Assembly (NCBI GenBank): GCA_023421115.1
Contig: JAEZUI010000133.1
Span: forward strand, 16,315 to 80,314
Source of the DNA: Bacillota bacterium
Lineage (GTDB): Bacteria; Bacillota; Clostridia; Acetivibrionales; Acetivibrionaceae
Direction of reading: 5' to 3'
DNA: 64,000 nt
Part shown: piece by piece, positions 20,830-30,965 of the stretch
How the letters are laid out: every line of letters begins with the position of its first letter
Position numbering within the stretch: the stretch's first letter is position 1
The notes under the pieces: generated by a model
What the model was told of the DNA's origin: nothing
The model's input: only the letters and a program-made list of their open reading frames with translations
Database searches by the model: none
Program-made: the position numbers and the translations under genes

Positions 20830-21645
20830 ATGCCAGCTAAGTCTAGCGTTGTTTCTTTATCTGCGTATTTGGTTTTTTTAACGCACTTTTTAATTCTATT
20901 TAGTGTAACTAACATTATGCCCAAAAAGATATCTTTTTTTGATTCTTTACAGGGAATTCTATTGCTGGTTATATCTTGGGCGCCTTTATTTCTAATAGTT
21001 TGTGTTTTCCTATTTTACGGCATTTTAATAAACCCGCCAAGATATATAGAAGTTCGCAAATATTTATATGCAAATGGTTTGATGACGCTAATTTCCTTAA
21101 GTATATTATTCAATATTAAGCAGATTATATTATATGCAAATATATACATTGTAAGTATTACTTTGGTTTTAATTATTGTTATTAGTACTATTGTTTCAAT
21201 AATAATAAATAGATTATTATATAAAAATGGTTTTAATTTTAATAGAGAAATTAACGATTTATTGAGTGTTGGTAAAGAGCTTCAAAAGCTTTCATACATG
21301 GCACATTTTAATAAAATTAACTTATCGATGTATTTATTTGTTATTCCTTTTTCTATTCAACCTAAGTATTTTATATTCATTTTAATGACCTTAGCTATTG
21401 CAACATTTGTGTTTCTAAAACTATTGCGGATTAAAGAAGCTTTTCAAGAATGCTATAATTTACATACAACCAATACGAATAGCGTTGTTGTAAATTATTG
21501 TATTTCAATAGTGTTAGCAATAGTGCTTTATACCTATTCCCGGTTTTTATCTTTCGTGTTAATCTTCTCATCTTTTTTGATGGTCTATATAATTACAAGC
21601 AGAATTGCTAGGTATTATTATAAATCACTTGAAGGAAACTCATAG
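20830..21645 (+). CDS. Polytopic membrane protein, candidate immunity protein
   Basis: About 8 hydrophobic segments, very AT-rich, RBS AAGGAG, directly after precursor; function inferred from position only. Confidence 0.6.
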   Translation: MPAKSSVVSLSAYLVFLTHFLILFSVTNIMPKKISFFDSLQGILLLVISWAPLFLIVCVFLFYGILINPPRYIEVRKYLYANGLMTLISLSILFNIKQIILYANIYIVSITLVLIIVISTIVSIIINRLLYKNGFNFNREINDLLSVGKELQKLSYMAHFNKINLSMYLFVIPFSIQPKYFIFILMTLAIATFVFLKLLRIKEAFQECYNLHTTNTNSVVVNYCISIVLAIVLYTYSRFLSFVLIFSSFLMVYIITSRIARYYYKSLEGNS

Positions 21646-21776
21646 TTGAATTAACATTATAATTAATTTATTATTGGCATAATATGCATAGTATATGTTT
21701 TCGATGGATTTATTCACATAAAGTAGAAAAAAGTAAGAGGTTAATGTATTTGAGAATTCAAAGGGAGAGGTTCACA

Positions 21777-22253
21777 ATGAAAAACGAAAAAATCCAAGTA
21801 AATAATAACAAAACACTAAAGTTAACCAATGTGTTAATTAATCAAGTTGATTTAAAAGAAAATGAGGGGCTGGATCAAGAAATAGTTAAAATGGAAAACT
21901 TCATTAAGAACAAAGGTGCTATACCAATAGGTCCACTTATTCAATATACTAATGTTGAAAATGATGGGATTAATGAGCCAAAAGTTGTAATTAAACTTAT
22001 GAGACAGTCAAATACATTCATACACAATATCGAAGAACCATATAAAATGAAATCGGTAATAAGAGTAAAGAATTGTATGTATGCAAGATACAATGGAGAA
22101 GAAAGCAAGCTAAAATTTGCATATGACAAAATCAATTTAATAGCTTTTGAAGAGGACATTCCATTAGAAGGTGACAGTTATACCATATTTGTAGCCAATA
22201 ATGATGACGGTATAATTGCAGATGTATTTATGGAGCGTGCGGATAATGAGTAA
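21777..22253 (+). CDS. GyrI-like small-molecule-binding / DUF5085-like protein
   Basis: GPLIQY, YARYNG...AYDKI...YTIF pattern; RBS GGAGAGG before ATG 21777. Confidence 0.6.
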   Translation: MKNEKIQVNNNKTLKLTNVLINQVDLKENEGLDQEIVKMENFIKNKGAIPIGPLIQYTNVENDGINEPKVVIKLMRQSNTFIHNIEEPYKMKSVIRVKNCMYARYNGEESKLKFAYDKINLIAFEEDIPLEGDSYTIFVANNDDGIIADVFMERADNE

Positions 22254-23364
22254 GCAGACTAAAACCTTTGATGAATTAAAAGATAGTAGATTACTTTATG
22301 ATAAAAAGCTTCCTGAACTTGGTTACATAATAATAGTAGCTGTTATTGCATTAATAATTGCAGTTGTGATTTGGAGTTTTACAACACCTAAAATAGATAT
22401 AATAAAAGCAGCAGGTTCTGTTCAGAGTATCAACAAAAACTATGTTATGGCACCATATAGCGGCAAAATAGTCGACATAAACATTGAAGAAGGAAAATAT
22501 GTTGAAAAGGGCGATGTGTTGTTAACTGTAAAAAGTACCGATTTTGATTTGCAAGCAAAGCAATTGGAAGGTAAAAAGGAACTTTATATAGAGAGTATAA
22601 AGCAATATGGAAGATTAGTGGAATCTATAAAAGATGATGTAAACTATTTTGTTGAAGGGGAAGAAAAGGATAATCTCTATTATTTCCAATTTGAAAACTA
22701 TAAAAGTAAGATTGCACAGCAAAAGGTGGATGTAGGAACATATAAATCTTACGGCTATTCTGATGTGCAAATAGAGAGTGAAATTGAAAAAAATCAAAGT
22801 AAAATAACTGAGATTTATTACTCTACTTTAAAATCAGTAGAGGATTCCATACAACAATATCAAAACGAACTGACCAATATAGATATTCAACTTGAAGCGG
22901 TCGGAAGCGGACAGGAAGAATATCAGGTACAGGCTAATGCAACAGGTAAGATACATATGTTGTCGGAATACAAAGAAGGAATGGTGGTGCAGGCAGGAAG
23001 TGCAGTTGCTAATATTGCATCAGAGCAGGATGAGTACAAAATACAGGCTTATGTAGATTCGAGTAGTATAGCACGTATTTCTATGGGTGATAAAGTTAAT
23101 ATAGCAATTTCGGGATTGGCACAGACCGTATATGGTACTATTTCGGGAAAAGTAGTAAGAATGGATACTGATATAACTACCGATAACGAGAGTGGCACCA
23201 GTTATTTCAAAGTTGATATAGTACCGGATAATACATATATAATAAGTAAAAATGGTTACAAAGTAAATCTTTCCAATGGAATACCTGTAGAAACGCGTAT
23301 TCAATATGATCAAGTGACTTATTTTGATTATGTAATGGAATCATTAGGTATATTGACAAGATAG
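22246..23364 (+). CDS. HlyD-family secretion accessory (membrane fusion) protein
   Basis: Single N-terminal TM, lipoyl-like GKIVDINIEEGKYVEKGDVL, coiled coil, YGTISGKV; start overlaps upstream stop. Confidence 0.88.
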   Translation: MSKQTKTFDELKDSRLLYDKKLPELGYIIIVAVIALIIAVVIWSFTTPKIDIIKAAGSVQSINKNYVMAPYSGKIVDINIEEGKYVEKGDVLLTVKSTDFDLQAKQLEGKKELYIESIKQYGRLVESIKDDVNYFVEGEEKDNLYYFQFENYKSKIAQQKVDVGTYKSYGYSDVQIESEIEKNQSKITEIYYSTLKSVEDSIQQYQNELTNIDIQLEAVGSGQEEYQVQANATGKIHMLSEYKEGMVVQAGSAVANIASEQDEYKIQAYVDSSSIARISMGDKVNIAISGLAQTVYGTISGKVVRMDTDITTDNESGTSYFKVDIVPDNTYIISKNGYKVNLSNGIPVETRIQYDQVTYFDYVMESLGILTR

Positions 23365-23374
23365 GAGTTCTGAT

Positions 23375-25783
23375 ATGTTAAGGAAACGCTTGGTATGGTT
23401 TTTAGTAGTTTTAATAATGTTTTTGCAGATTAATAATTGTATATATATTTTTGCGGAGCAAACTCTGGAGACACCTGCAATTAGTGAGGGGGAACTGAAA
23501 GGGAAAGTTCCTGAAGATACTAAAGAAGAGGTTACAAAAGGAGAAGGAACTAAGGAAGAAAAGCCAAAAGATGAGGGAATTAAGGAAGAAGAGTCAAAAG
23601 AAGATGCTGCAAAAGAAGAAAGCACAAGCCAAGAAAATATTGATGAAGAGGGCAAAAATGAAAATGAGGAATCAAAATATATAAAAGTTACAGATATAGA
23701 TATAGCAGATTACAGAAGTAGCATGGAAGAAGACGAAAAACAGCTTCTGATGGTTACTGTATTACCGCTTGATGCTACAAATCAAAAGGTAAAATATTAT
23801 TCAAGCAAAGAGTCGGTCGCAACAATAAATGAAATTGGAAGAATTACAGCAATAGATTCCGGTACGACTCAAATAACAATTGAAGCTGCTGATGGAGTGA
23901 GTCGGCAGTTTAAATTAAAAGTAAATTCTCCTAAAAGTACACATGTTAGTGTTTTAGAATTAGACCTTGGCAACTATCAAGAAGAAATGAGAGTTGGAGA
24001 AAATCAAGTGCTTTCAGTAACAGTTTTACCCTTTGATGCGACTGACAAAACCATTCAATATACATCTAGTGATGAAAAAGTAGCTAGTGTCAATGGTATT
24101 GGAAGGATTACAGCTAATTCTGAGGGAGAGACTGTAATAACTGCAAGAGCAGGAAGTAAAAAGAACTCTTTTACTTTGAAGGTGTTACCTAAAAAAGATA
24201 CCAGTGTTAAGGATATTGATTTAGGTGATTACATAAAGCGAATGAAGGTGGGGGAAACTCAGCTATTAATGCCGGCAGTATTACCTCCGGATGCAGTAAA
24301 CCCAGGGTTTAAATATGTTTCTAAAAATACGGAGGTTGCAACTGTAAATAGTCTTGGAAGAATCAGAACCCACAAAGTAGGAACTTCTGTAATTATTATA
24401 GAAGCAGGTGGAGTTAAGAAACAGTTTACATTGACTGTTTATGAAGAAAAAGAAGTAAAAGTAACTAACATGGATTTAGGTGATTATCAGAAGATAATGA
24501 AGGTAGGAGAAAAACAATTATTATCACCTTCTGTTTTGCCAATTGAGGCATCTGATAGAAAGATTACATATAAATCTAGTAATGAGGAAATTGCAACGGT
24601 CAATGTATTTGGAAGAATTCAAGCACAGGCTGTTGGTGAGACAAAAATAATTGTTAGTGTGGATGGAATAGAAAAATCCTTTGATTTAAAGGTTGAAGAG
24701 AGTAAAGATTACCCTGTTGAAGATATTGATATAGGAAAATACGATGAAAAAATGGAAATTGGCAAATCACAAAAATTACAGGTGACTATATTACCGTATA
24801 ATGCAACTGATTCAAAGATAGAATATGTTTCTGAGAATCATAAAATTGCGGCTGTTGATACATCAGGGGAAATTAAAGCCATAAAAGAAGGAGAGGCAGT
24901 AATAAAGATAAAAGCAGGGGATATAACAAAGCAAATCACAATTAATGTAGTGACTGCTACAGAAAAGATTGAAGTAAATAAAACATATCTAGTTTTGAAA
25001 ACAAACGAAGAATTCCAATTAGAATGTAGAGTTTTACCAAGGGAAGCAAATCAAAAGATTGAATATAAATCTATTGATACATCTGTTGTGCAAGTAAATT
25101 CAAGGGGTTTGATAACTGCTGTTGATACAGGTGCAGCCACGGTTATTGTTACTAATGGATATATGCAGTCAGAAGTTACGGTACTTGTTAATAAAGAATT
25201 GATTAAAGAAGATGAAGCCGTTTTGCCAGCTTCAATTGGCAATTATGAGGTTGACTCTCTTACGGAAATTATAAAAGAATCTGACAATATGAAGACGGTT
25301 ATTGACAAAAGTGAGTTTTCAAAAGTGACAAAGCCAGCACTCAAGTACTTGTTTGATTCAGAAAAAATTCTTATAATCGATGGAAGTGACTACATAATTA
25401 CGATAAATGGAAGAGACATATTCAATTATGAAAATGAAATACTTACAAATATTGAATATACCGAAATAAAAGATGGGATAGAAGTTGTAGTTAATGATAA
25501 AAAAAATCTTCCTGGGGAAATAAGTATTTCCTTTGAAGATCAAAAGCTACAGAGTGCAAAATATTTGTATCTGTATAACGAAGCAAAAGGGAAGTATGAG
25601 ATCATTAACAACGCGATAGAATTGGGAACAATTAAAATTGATATTGGCGGTAAGTATTTAATAACAGAAAGAGAACAGACTTTTTTTAAGATTAATTTGT
25701 GGGTGATTATTATAGGCGGATTTAGCCTTGTTGCTATAATTGTTGTATATATTTTTACAAAGAAAAAATACTGGTTTTGGTGA
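23375..25783 (+). CDS. Surface-anchored protein with six Ig-like (Big_2) repeats
   Basis: Signal peptide, KEE-rich linker, six ~85-aa repeats (VLP.DA...Y.S....VA.VN..G.I.A...G), C-terminal TM + KKKYWFW. Confidence 0.88.
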   Translation: MLRKRLVWFLVVLIMFLQINNCIYIFAEQTLETPAISEGELKGKVPEDTKEEVTKGEGTKEEKPKDEGIKEEESKEDAAKEESTSQENIDEEGKNENEESKYIKVTDIDIADYRSSMEEDEKQLLMVTVLPLDATNQKVKYYSSKESVATINEIGRITAIDSGTTQITIEAADGVSRQFKLKVNSPKSTHVSVLELDLGNYQEEMRVGENQVLSVTVLPFDATDKTIQYTSSDEKVASVNGIGRITANSEGETVITARAGSKKNSFTLKVLPKKDTSVKDIDLGDYIKRMKVGETQLLMPAVLPPDAVNPGFKYVSKNTEVATVNSLGRIRTHKVGTSVIIIEAGGVKKQFTLTVYEEKEVKVTNMDLGDYQKIMKVGEKQLLSPSVLPIEASDRKITYKSSNEEIATVNVFGRIQAQAVGETKIIVSVDGIEKSFDLKVEESKDYPVEDIDIGKYDEKMEIGKSQKLQVTILPYNATDSKIEYVSENHKIAAVDTSGEIKAIKEGEAVIKIKAGDITKQITINVVTATEKIEVNKTYLVLKTNEEFQLECRVLPREANQKIEYKSIDTSVVQVNSRGLITAVDTGAATVIVTNGYMQSEVTVLVNKELIKEDEAVLPASIGNYEVDSLTEIIKESDNMKTVIDKSEFSKVTKPALKYLFDSEKILIIDGSDYIITINGRDIFNYENEILTNIEYTEIKDGIEVVVNDKKNLPGEISISFEDQKLQSAKYLYLYNEAKGKYEIINNAIELGTIKIDIGGKYLITEREQTFFKINLWVIIIGGFSLVAIIVVYIFTKKKYWFW

Positions 25784-25879
25784 TAGTGTAGGCTAAGGCG
25801 AGTTGAATGTATTTTTGAAGATAAGCAGATAAAAACATAAGGTAATATATAAGGTTGTTTCTTTGCAAGGAGGATTAGT

Positions 25880-26320
25880 GTGGATTGGTCTAAAATAGGT
25901 AGAATACCATTAGGGGTTAAAGCTTTTATAATTACTTTTCCAGGAGGATTACTATTACAGGCACTTATGGGATTTAAAGAAATAAACTTTTTAAGAAGCT
26001 TTTTTATTGTATTAGGTTATTCAATAGGTGTTTCATTTGTTGGCTCATTTATCAAACATAAAAAGTCTTCAAACGAATTGACAGAAAATAAAAATAATAT
26101 AAACCGTGCATATTTGAGCCTTTTTCTGGGTGCTACAAGTATACCAGGTTTTCCTTTTTTAATATTGAGTATACTGGGGATTTTTTATGCAATTCCTGGC
26201 TTAAAGTCTTCAAAAAAGAAAATTGCTATTTTAGGAATTGTATTGAGTTGTATAGGATTGTTTTTTGCTGTAATAGTATATGGAAGTATTTTGTATAATC
26301 AAATAATAAGGAAGTGTTAG
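25880..26320 (+). CDS. Small membrane protein (DUF4190-like C-terminal half)
   Basis: AYLSLFLG...ILGIFYAIPGLK...KIAILGIVLS; RBS AAGGAGG, GTG start. Confidence 0.7.
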   Translation: MDWSKIGRIPLGVKAFIITFPGGLLLQALMGFKEINFLRSFFIVLGYSIGVSFVGSFIKHKKSSNELTENKNNINRAYLSLFLGATSIPGFPFLILSILGIFYAIPGLKSSKKKIAILGIVLSCIGLFFAVIVYGSILYNQIIRKC

Positions 26321-26421
26321 TTACAGAAGATGATTTGAATAATGAAAAAGAAAAGCTTATTAGAAAAAGATGTATTTAGAAAAATCTTTTGTTTAGAAGG
26401 TTATAAATATTTTTGAGAATT

Positions 26422-26755
26422 TTATAGGTGTGTATAATTTTCATCGGTCACATCAGCTATAACCTGATTCTGATTTATTAAACTTATCAAAAAACTATTC
26501 TCTTTCGGTATTGTTTTTGCTAAATAACTAGTATTATTACTATCTGAAAAATTAAAACTCGATGGAAAATACACTTCATTTTTGAATTCAATCGGGTCGT
26601 GTCTTAAATGATCAATTGTTAGCCTCCTAGCATTATTATTGCTGCTTTTGGCTTTGCTTATATTTGATACTATGAAAAACACCCGCCACCGAAAAGCATA
26701 TGATCAAACCAAATAGACACCATTTAACCCCTTTTAAATTGCCATTATTATGCGC
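26422..26755 (-). pseudogene. Possible decayed gene for a membrane-anchored protein
   Basis: RBS GAAGGAG, then a TM-like KWCLFGLIICFSVAGVF in one frame joins ORF 26422-26682 via a frameshift in a T run; no intact start codon. Confidence 0.3.
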
Positions 26756-26935
26756 TTATAACTCTCCTTCTGTAGTTATATGAAACACCTTGATAACTCA
26801 TATTCTTAAAAATACCTTATATCAAGACAACCTCACATATAATATTAGACTATTGTTTTATATCAATTACTAATAACTCAGTGAAGATCAATCTTTGAAA
26901 TCCCATTCTTTTCAAATTATTCTTATACTAATTGG

Positions 26936-27202
26936 TCAAATATATTTTTTAACATCGTCTAAATTCTCATATTCAAATATACTGTCAATTATAATCTCAA
27001 GTGTTTCAGCCTCTAATCCAGATATCTTACTCTTAATTTCTTCTGACAATTCCCCAAATCTTTTAGTCAATAATCTTATCGCTGTTTTATAAAGTGTTGC
27101 TTTCTTCTCTTCTTTTCTACCTTCCTTTATACCTTCCATTCTACCTTCAAGTTTAGCGTTTAATTTTTCTTTTTTAATAACACGTTCTATACCATATACC
27201 AT
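26936..27202 (-). CDS. Putative internally initiated small Rpn (RpnS-like antitoxin), 88 aa
   Basis: RBS-like AAAGGAACGGTG upstream of ATG 27202; MVYGIERVIKKEKLNAKLEGRMEGIKEG... Confidence 0.5.
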   Translation of the reverse strand: MVYGIERVIKKEKLNAKLEGRMEGIKEGRKEEKKATLYKTAIRLLTKRFGELSEEIKSKISGLEAETLEIIIDSIFEYENLDDVKKYI

Positions 27203-27952
27203 ATTTTTCACCGTTCCTTTCTTTTGAAAAATATCCTCAATTTCTCGTTTTGATTCTGAATTTAAACCACGACTGACAATATTCTTAATCCAATTACACA
27301 TAACATTCAAGTCTTAGCCTGACAGATTTTGCATTTTTGTAGCAACTTCTTTCAATCTATTTATAAGATCTGTACTTTTATCTTTTGTTTTGTCTATAAA
27401 GAAAACTGTAGCTATTAAATTTGCAAGTTCAAGAAGTTCTTCATCTTTATATCTTCTTACATCAAATAATATGTATTTAAAATCTAAAACAAATTCATCA
27501 AACTGTTCAAACTTAAAAAGGGTTTCTTTGAAACCCCTTTTTGCTGTCCAATTACCACTGCCATTGTACAAAACACAAGGTATAATGACTGGAAGCCTGA
27601 AATCTTTTCTGTGTGCTTCCCTTTTATCAGTTTCTTTAAGCACGTTGCGCCAAATCTCAACCATGTATAGTAATAATCTGTATGGCATTTGATAATCGAC
27701 ACTTGATTGTAATTCTAGAAGGTAAAAATATACATTTGCACCTTCCATTTTTACCTTGTAAACCAAGTCTGCCTCTTTATTCTTGAAATCCGGTAAAATA
27801 AAGGATTTGTCAACAAGTTCAACATCTTCTGGTTCAATTTTATTTACCCAACCTTGATCAACAAAGCTTTTTAGTAGTTGAACAAATAATCTTTTTATGC
27901 TCAATATATATTTATATCCTTTATCATGAGCATTATGCAATTCGCTTTCCAA
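26936..27952 (-). pseudogene. Rpn family recombination-promoting nuclease / PD-(D/E)xK putative transposase, interrupted by in-frame TAA
   Basis: HDKGYK, EADLVYKV, LELQS, MPYRLLLY, LPVIIPCVLYNG; ORFs 27314-27952 and 26936-27310 share one frame across GGC-TAA-GAC; DUF4351-like tail. Confidence 0.85.
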
Positions 27953-28077
27953 ACTATCACTTCCTATGCTTTAATTATACCATTAATACCGAATAAAACT
28001 AGATTCAATTTCTTGATGTACATTATATTGGACCATGTATTTACTCGTTAGCGCCAAACAATTTTATTGCCTAATAT

Positions 28078-28117
28078 TATTATATCATAAAATCAACTCT
28101 CGTCAAACGTATGTTCT
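28078..28117 (-). promoter_or_regulatory. sigmaA promoter with overlapping LexA (SOS)-like box upstream of rpn
   Basis: Minus strand aGAACatacGTTTg overlaps TTGACG, then 16 bp to TATAAT with extended TG. Confidence 0.5.
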
Positions 28118-28556
28118 GGATTAAAATTTTCACTTTTTGTACCGATATTTGGTTGGGCATTATTTAGGGTGTTTATCTTAGTTCTTTAGCGTTTTTATCG
28201 ACAATTCCTAAACTCAATACATCAAATGATCTACGATGGTTTTTTAGGCAAAATGGTCTGTCAGCCATAATGTTGATGAAAATAATAGGATAAACCAGAA
28301 AAAAATATTCAAATACAATATTGATAAAACTCAAAATCTGAAGTTGGAGATTAAAGAGTTAACAGAGCAAGATATTAATATAGAAGTACCAATAGAATAG
28401 ATTGTAATTTCGGGCAGTTAAATTCTGTGATAGTACTTGTTCTATGGAATTGAATATAAAAATACAGGAGACTAAAACTTTATTTAACTGTTTACTTTTT
28501 AAAAGCTGGTTATATATAATATAACTGGCTTTAATAATTCTATAGGAGATGAGTAG

Positions 28557-30965
28557 ATGGCAATAAAGAAGTCTGAATTATACAGTTCTCTTTGGTCAAG
28601 TTGTGATGAATTAAGGGGTGGCATGGATGCCAGTCAATATAAGGATTATGTATTGGTAATGCTCTTTGTTAAATATATAAGTGATAAGTATGCCGGAATG
28701 CCGTATGCACCTGTTACAATACCTAAAGGCTCTACCTTCAAGGATATGGTGGCTTTAAAAGGTACTGCAAATATTGGTGACGATATAAATAAAAAGATTA
28801 TTGGTCCAATAGCTGAAAAGAACCAATTGTCGGACATGCCTGACTTTAATGATGTAAATAAGCTCGGCAGCGGGAAGGAAATGGTAGACCGTCTTACAAA
28901 TTTGATTGCAATTTTTGAGCGTAAGGAGCTTGACTTCAGTAAAAACAGAGCTGATGGTGATGACATTTTAGGTGATGCTTATGAATATCTAATGCGCCAC
29001 TTTGCCACTGAAAGCGGTAAGAGTAAGGGACAATTCTATACACCGGCAGAGGTAAGCCGTGTAATTGCAAAGATTGTTGGAATAAATACATCAAATGTAA
29101 GTGCTCAGACTACTGTTTATGATCCGACATGCGGTTCGGGCTCATTACTATTGAAGGTGTCTGACGAAGCAGGGATTAAAATTTCGCTATATGGACAGGA
29201 AAAGGATTCTGCAACAAACGGTTTGGCGAGAATGAATATGTATCTCCATGATAATCCATTACACGAGATAAAGCAGGGAAACACCCTTGCAAATCCCATG
29301 TTCAAGGATGAAAACGGGAAGCTCAAAACCTTTGACTATGTAGTTGCAAATCCCCCCTTCAGCGATAAACGTTGGGGTAATGGAGTAGACACAGAAAAGG
29401 ATGAGTACGGAAGATTTAAGGATTATGGAGTGCCACCATCTAAAAACGGTGATTACGCATATCTTTTACATATAATACGTTCCCTGAAGAGCAGTAAAGG
29501 TAAGGGAGCTTGCATTTTGCCCCATGGTGTTTTGTTCAGGGGAAATGCAGAGGCAGAAATACGAAAGAATATTGTCAGGAAGGGTTATATAAAAGGAATT
29601 ATCGGACTGCCTGCCAATCTTTTCTATGGAACGGGAATCCCTGCGTGTATTATTGTGCTGGACAAGGAAAATGCAGTAAACCGCAAAGGAATTTTCATGA
29701 TTGATGCAAGTAAGGGATTTATGAAGGATGGAAATAAAAACCGTCTTCGCAGCATGGATATTCATAGAATTGTGGATGTGTTTAATAATCAGTATGAAAT
29801 AGATAAATATTCAAAAATGGTACCTTTTTCAGAGATTGAGAAAAATGATTACAATTTAAACATTCCAAGGTATATAGACAGTCAGGAAGCTGAAGATGTA
29901 CAAGATATTGAAGCTCATTTGTCAGGTGGTATACCGATAGAGGATATTGATGCTTTGAATGTGTATTGGGAAGTTTGTCCGAAGCTTAAAGAAGCCCTTT
30001 TTAGCAAAAGCACAAGGGACAGGTATTTGGATTTAAAGGTGGATAAGGATGATATAAAGGAAGCGATTTTTGAACACAGCGAGTTTAAAGCTTTTTCAGA
30101 TAAAATGGAAGCGCATTTCAAAGAGTGGAAGGACAAGTATACCAAGATACTTAAGGACATGAAGGAAGGCTTGTTGCCCAAAAAAGTTATTGATGATTTG
30201 TCAGAGAGCATACTTGAACATTATAAGGAAACAAGTCTTATATCAAATTATGATGTATATCAGCACCTAATGGATTTCTGGGATGAGGTAATGCAGGACG
30301 ATTGCTATATAATTTCTGCTGGCGGTTGGAAAGCGGAAACTTACAGGATATTGGTTGAAAATAAGCAGAAGAAAATGGTGGACAAAGGTTGGACTTGTGA
30401 TTTAGTGCCAAAGGAATTGGTTATTAACAGGTATTTCTATGAGGAAAAACAGAAGATTGAAGGTTTAGAAGCAGAAGGTGAGGGTGTTGCTTCACAAATT
30501 GCCGAGATGGAAGAAGAGCATGGTGGAGAAGAAGGCTTTTTTGCTGAACTGGAAAAGGTTAATAAGGCCAGTGTTCAAGCTAGGTTGAAGGAAGTTAAGA
30601 AGGATAAGGAAGCAGAAGAGGAAAGAAAGGTTTTGGAAGATTATATTGAGCTTTGTGAGAAGGAAGCAGAATTGAACAGGCAGATTAAGACGGTAAAAGC
30701 TGAGTTGGATGATAAGCTTTATGAAAAGTATCCAAAGCTGACAGAAGTGGAAATCAAGGTTTTAGTGGTAGATGATAAATGGATGGCAGCTATTGAGAAG
30801 GATGTACATTCAGAGATGGACAGAATTAATCAGAGACTGACACAGAGGATTAAGGAGTTGGCAGAGAGGTATGAAAGTCCATTGCCCCAGTTGAATGATG
30901 AGGCTAAGAGGTTGGAGGATAAGGTGAAGGCTCATCTGGAAAGGATGGGTTTGTATGAAAATTGA
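28557..30965 (+). CDS. hsdM: Type I restriction-modification methyltransferase subunit
   Basis: LRGGMDASQYKDY, GQFYTP, YDPTCGSG, ANPPF, LPHGVLFRG; long C-terminal extension. Confidence 0.96.
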   Translation: MAIKKSELYSSLWSSCDELRGGMDASQYKDYVLVMLFVKYISDKYAGMPYAPVTIPKGSTFKDMVALKGTANIGDDINKKIIGPIAEKNQLSDMPDFNDVNKLGSGKEMVDRLTNLIAIFERKELDFSKNRADGDDILGDAYEYLMRHFATESGKSKGQFYTPAEVSRVIAKIVGINTSNVSAQTTVYDPTCGSGSLLLKVSDEAGIKISLYGQEKDSATNGLARMNMYLHDNPLHEIKQGNTLANPMFKDENGKLKTFDYVVANPPFSDKRWGNGVDTEKDEYGRFKDYGVPPSKNGDYAYLLHIIRSLKSSKGKGACILPHGVLFRGNAEAEIRKNIVRKGYIKGIIGLPANLFYGTGIPACIIVLDKENAVNRKGIFMIDASKGFMKDGNKNRLRSMDIHRIVDVFNNQYEIDKYSKMVPFSEIEKNDYNLNIPRYIDSQEAEDVQDIEAHLSGGIPIEDIDALNVYWEVCPKLKEALFSKSTRDRYLDLKVDKDDIKEAIFEHSEFKAFSDKMEAHFKEWKDKYTKILKDMKEGLLPKKVIDDLSESILEHYKETSLISNYDVYQHLMDFWDEVMQDDCYIISAGGWKAETYRILVENKQKKMVDKGWTCDLVPKELVINRYFYEEKQKIEGLEAEGEGVASQIAEMEEEHGGEEGFFAELEKVNKASVQARLKEVKKDKEAEEERKVLEDYIELCEKEAELNRQIKTVKAELDDKLYEKYPKLTEVEIKVLVVDDKWMAAIEKDVHSEMDRINQRLTQRIKELAERYESPLPQLNDEAKRLEDKVKAHLERMGLYEN

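Noticed and set aside
23515..23630. KEE-rich 15-bp periodic sequence as a DNA repeat element
   Set aside because: It is a degenerate low-complexity linker within the Ig-repeat protein
27314..27316. Programmed read-through or selenocysteine/pyrrolysine at the rpn stop
   Set aside because: The codon is TAA and no recoding structure is evident; simple nonsense mutation or sequencing error is more likely
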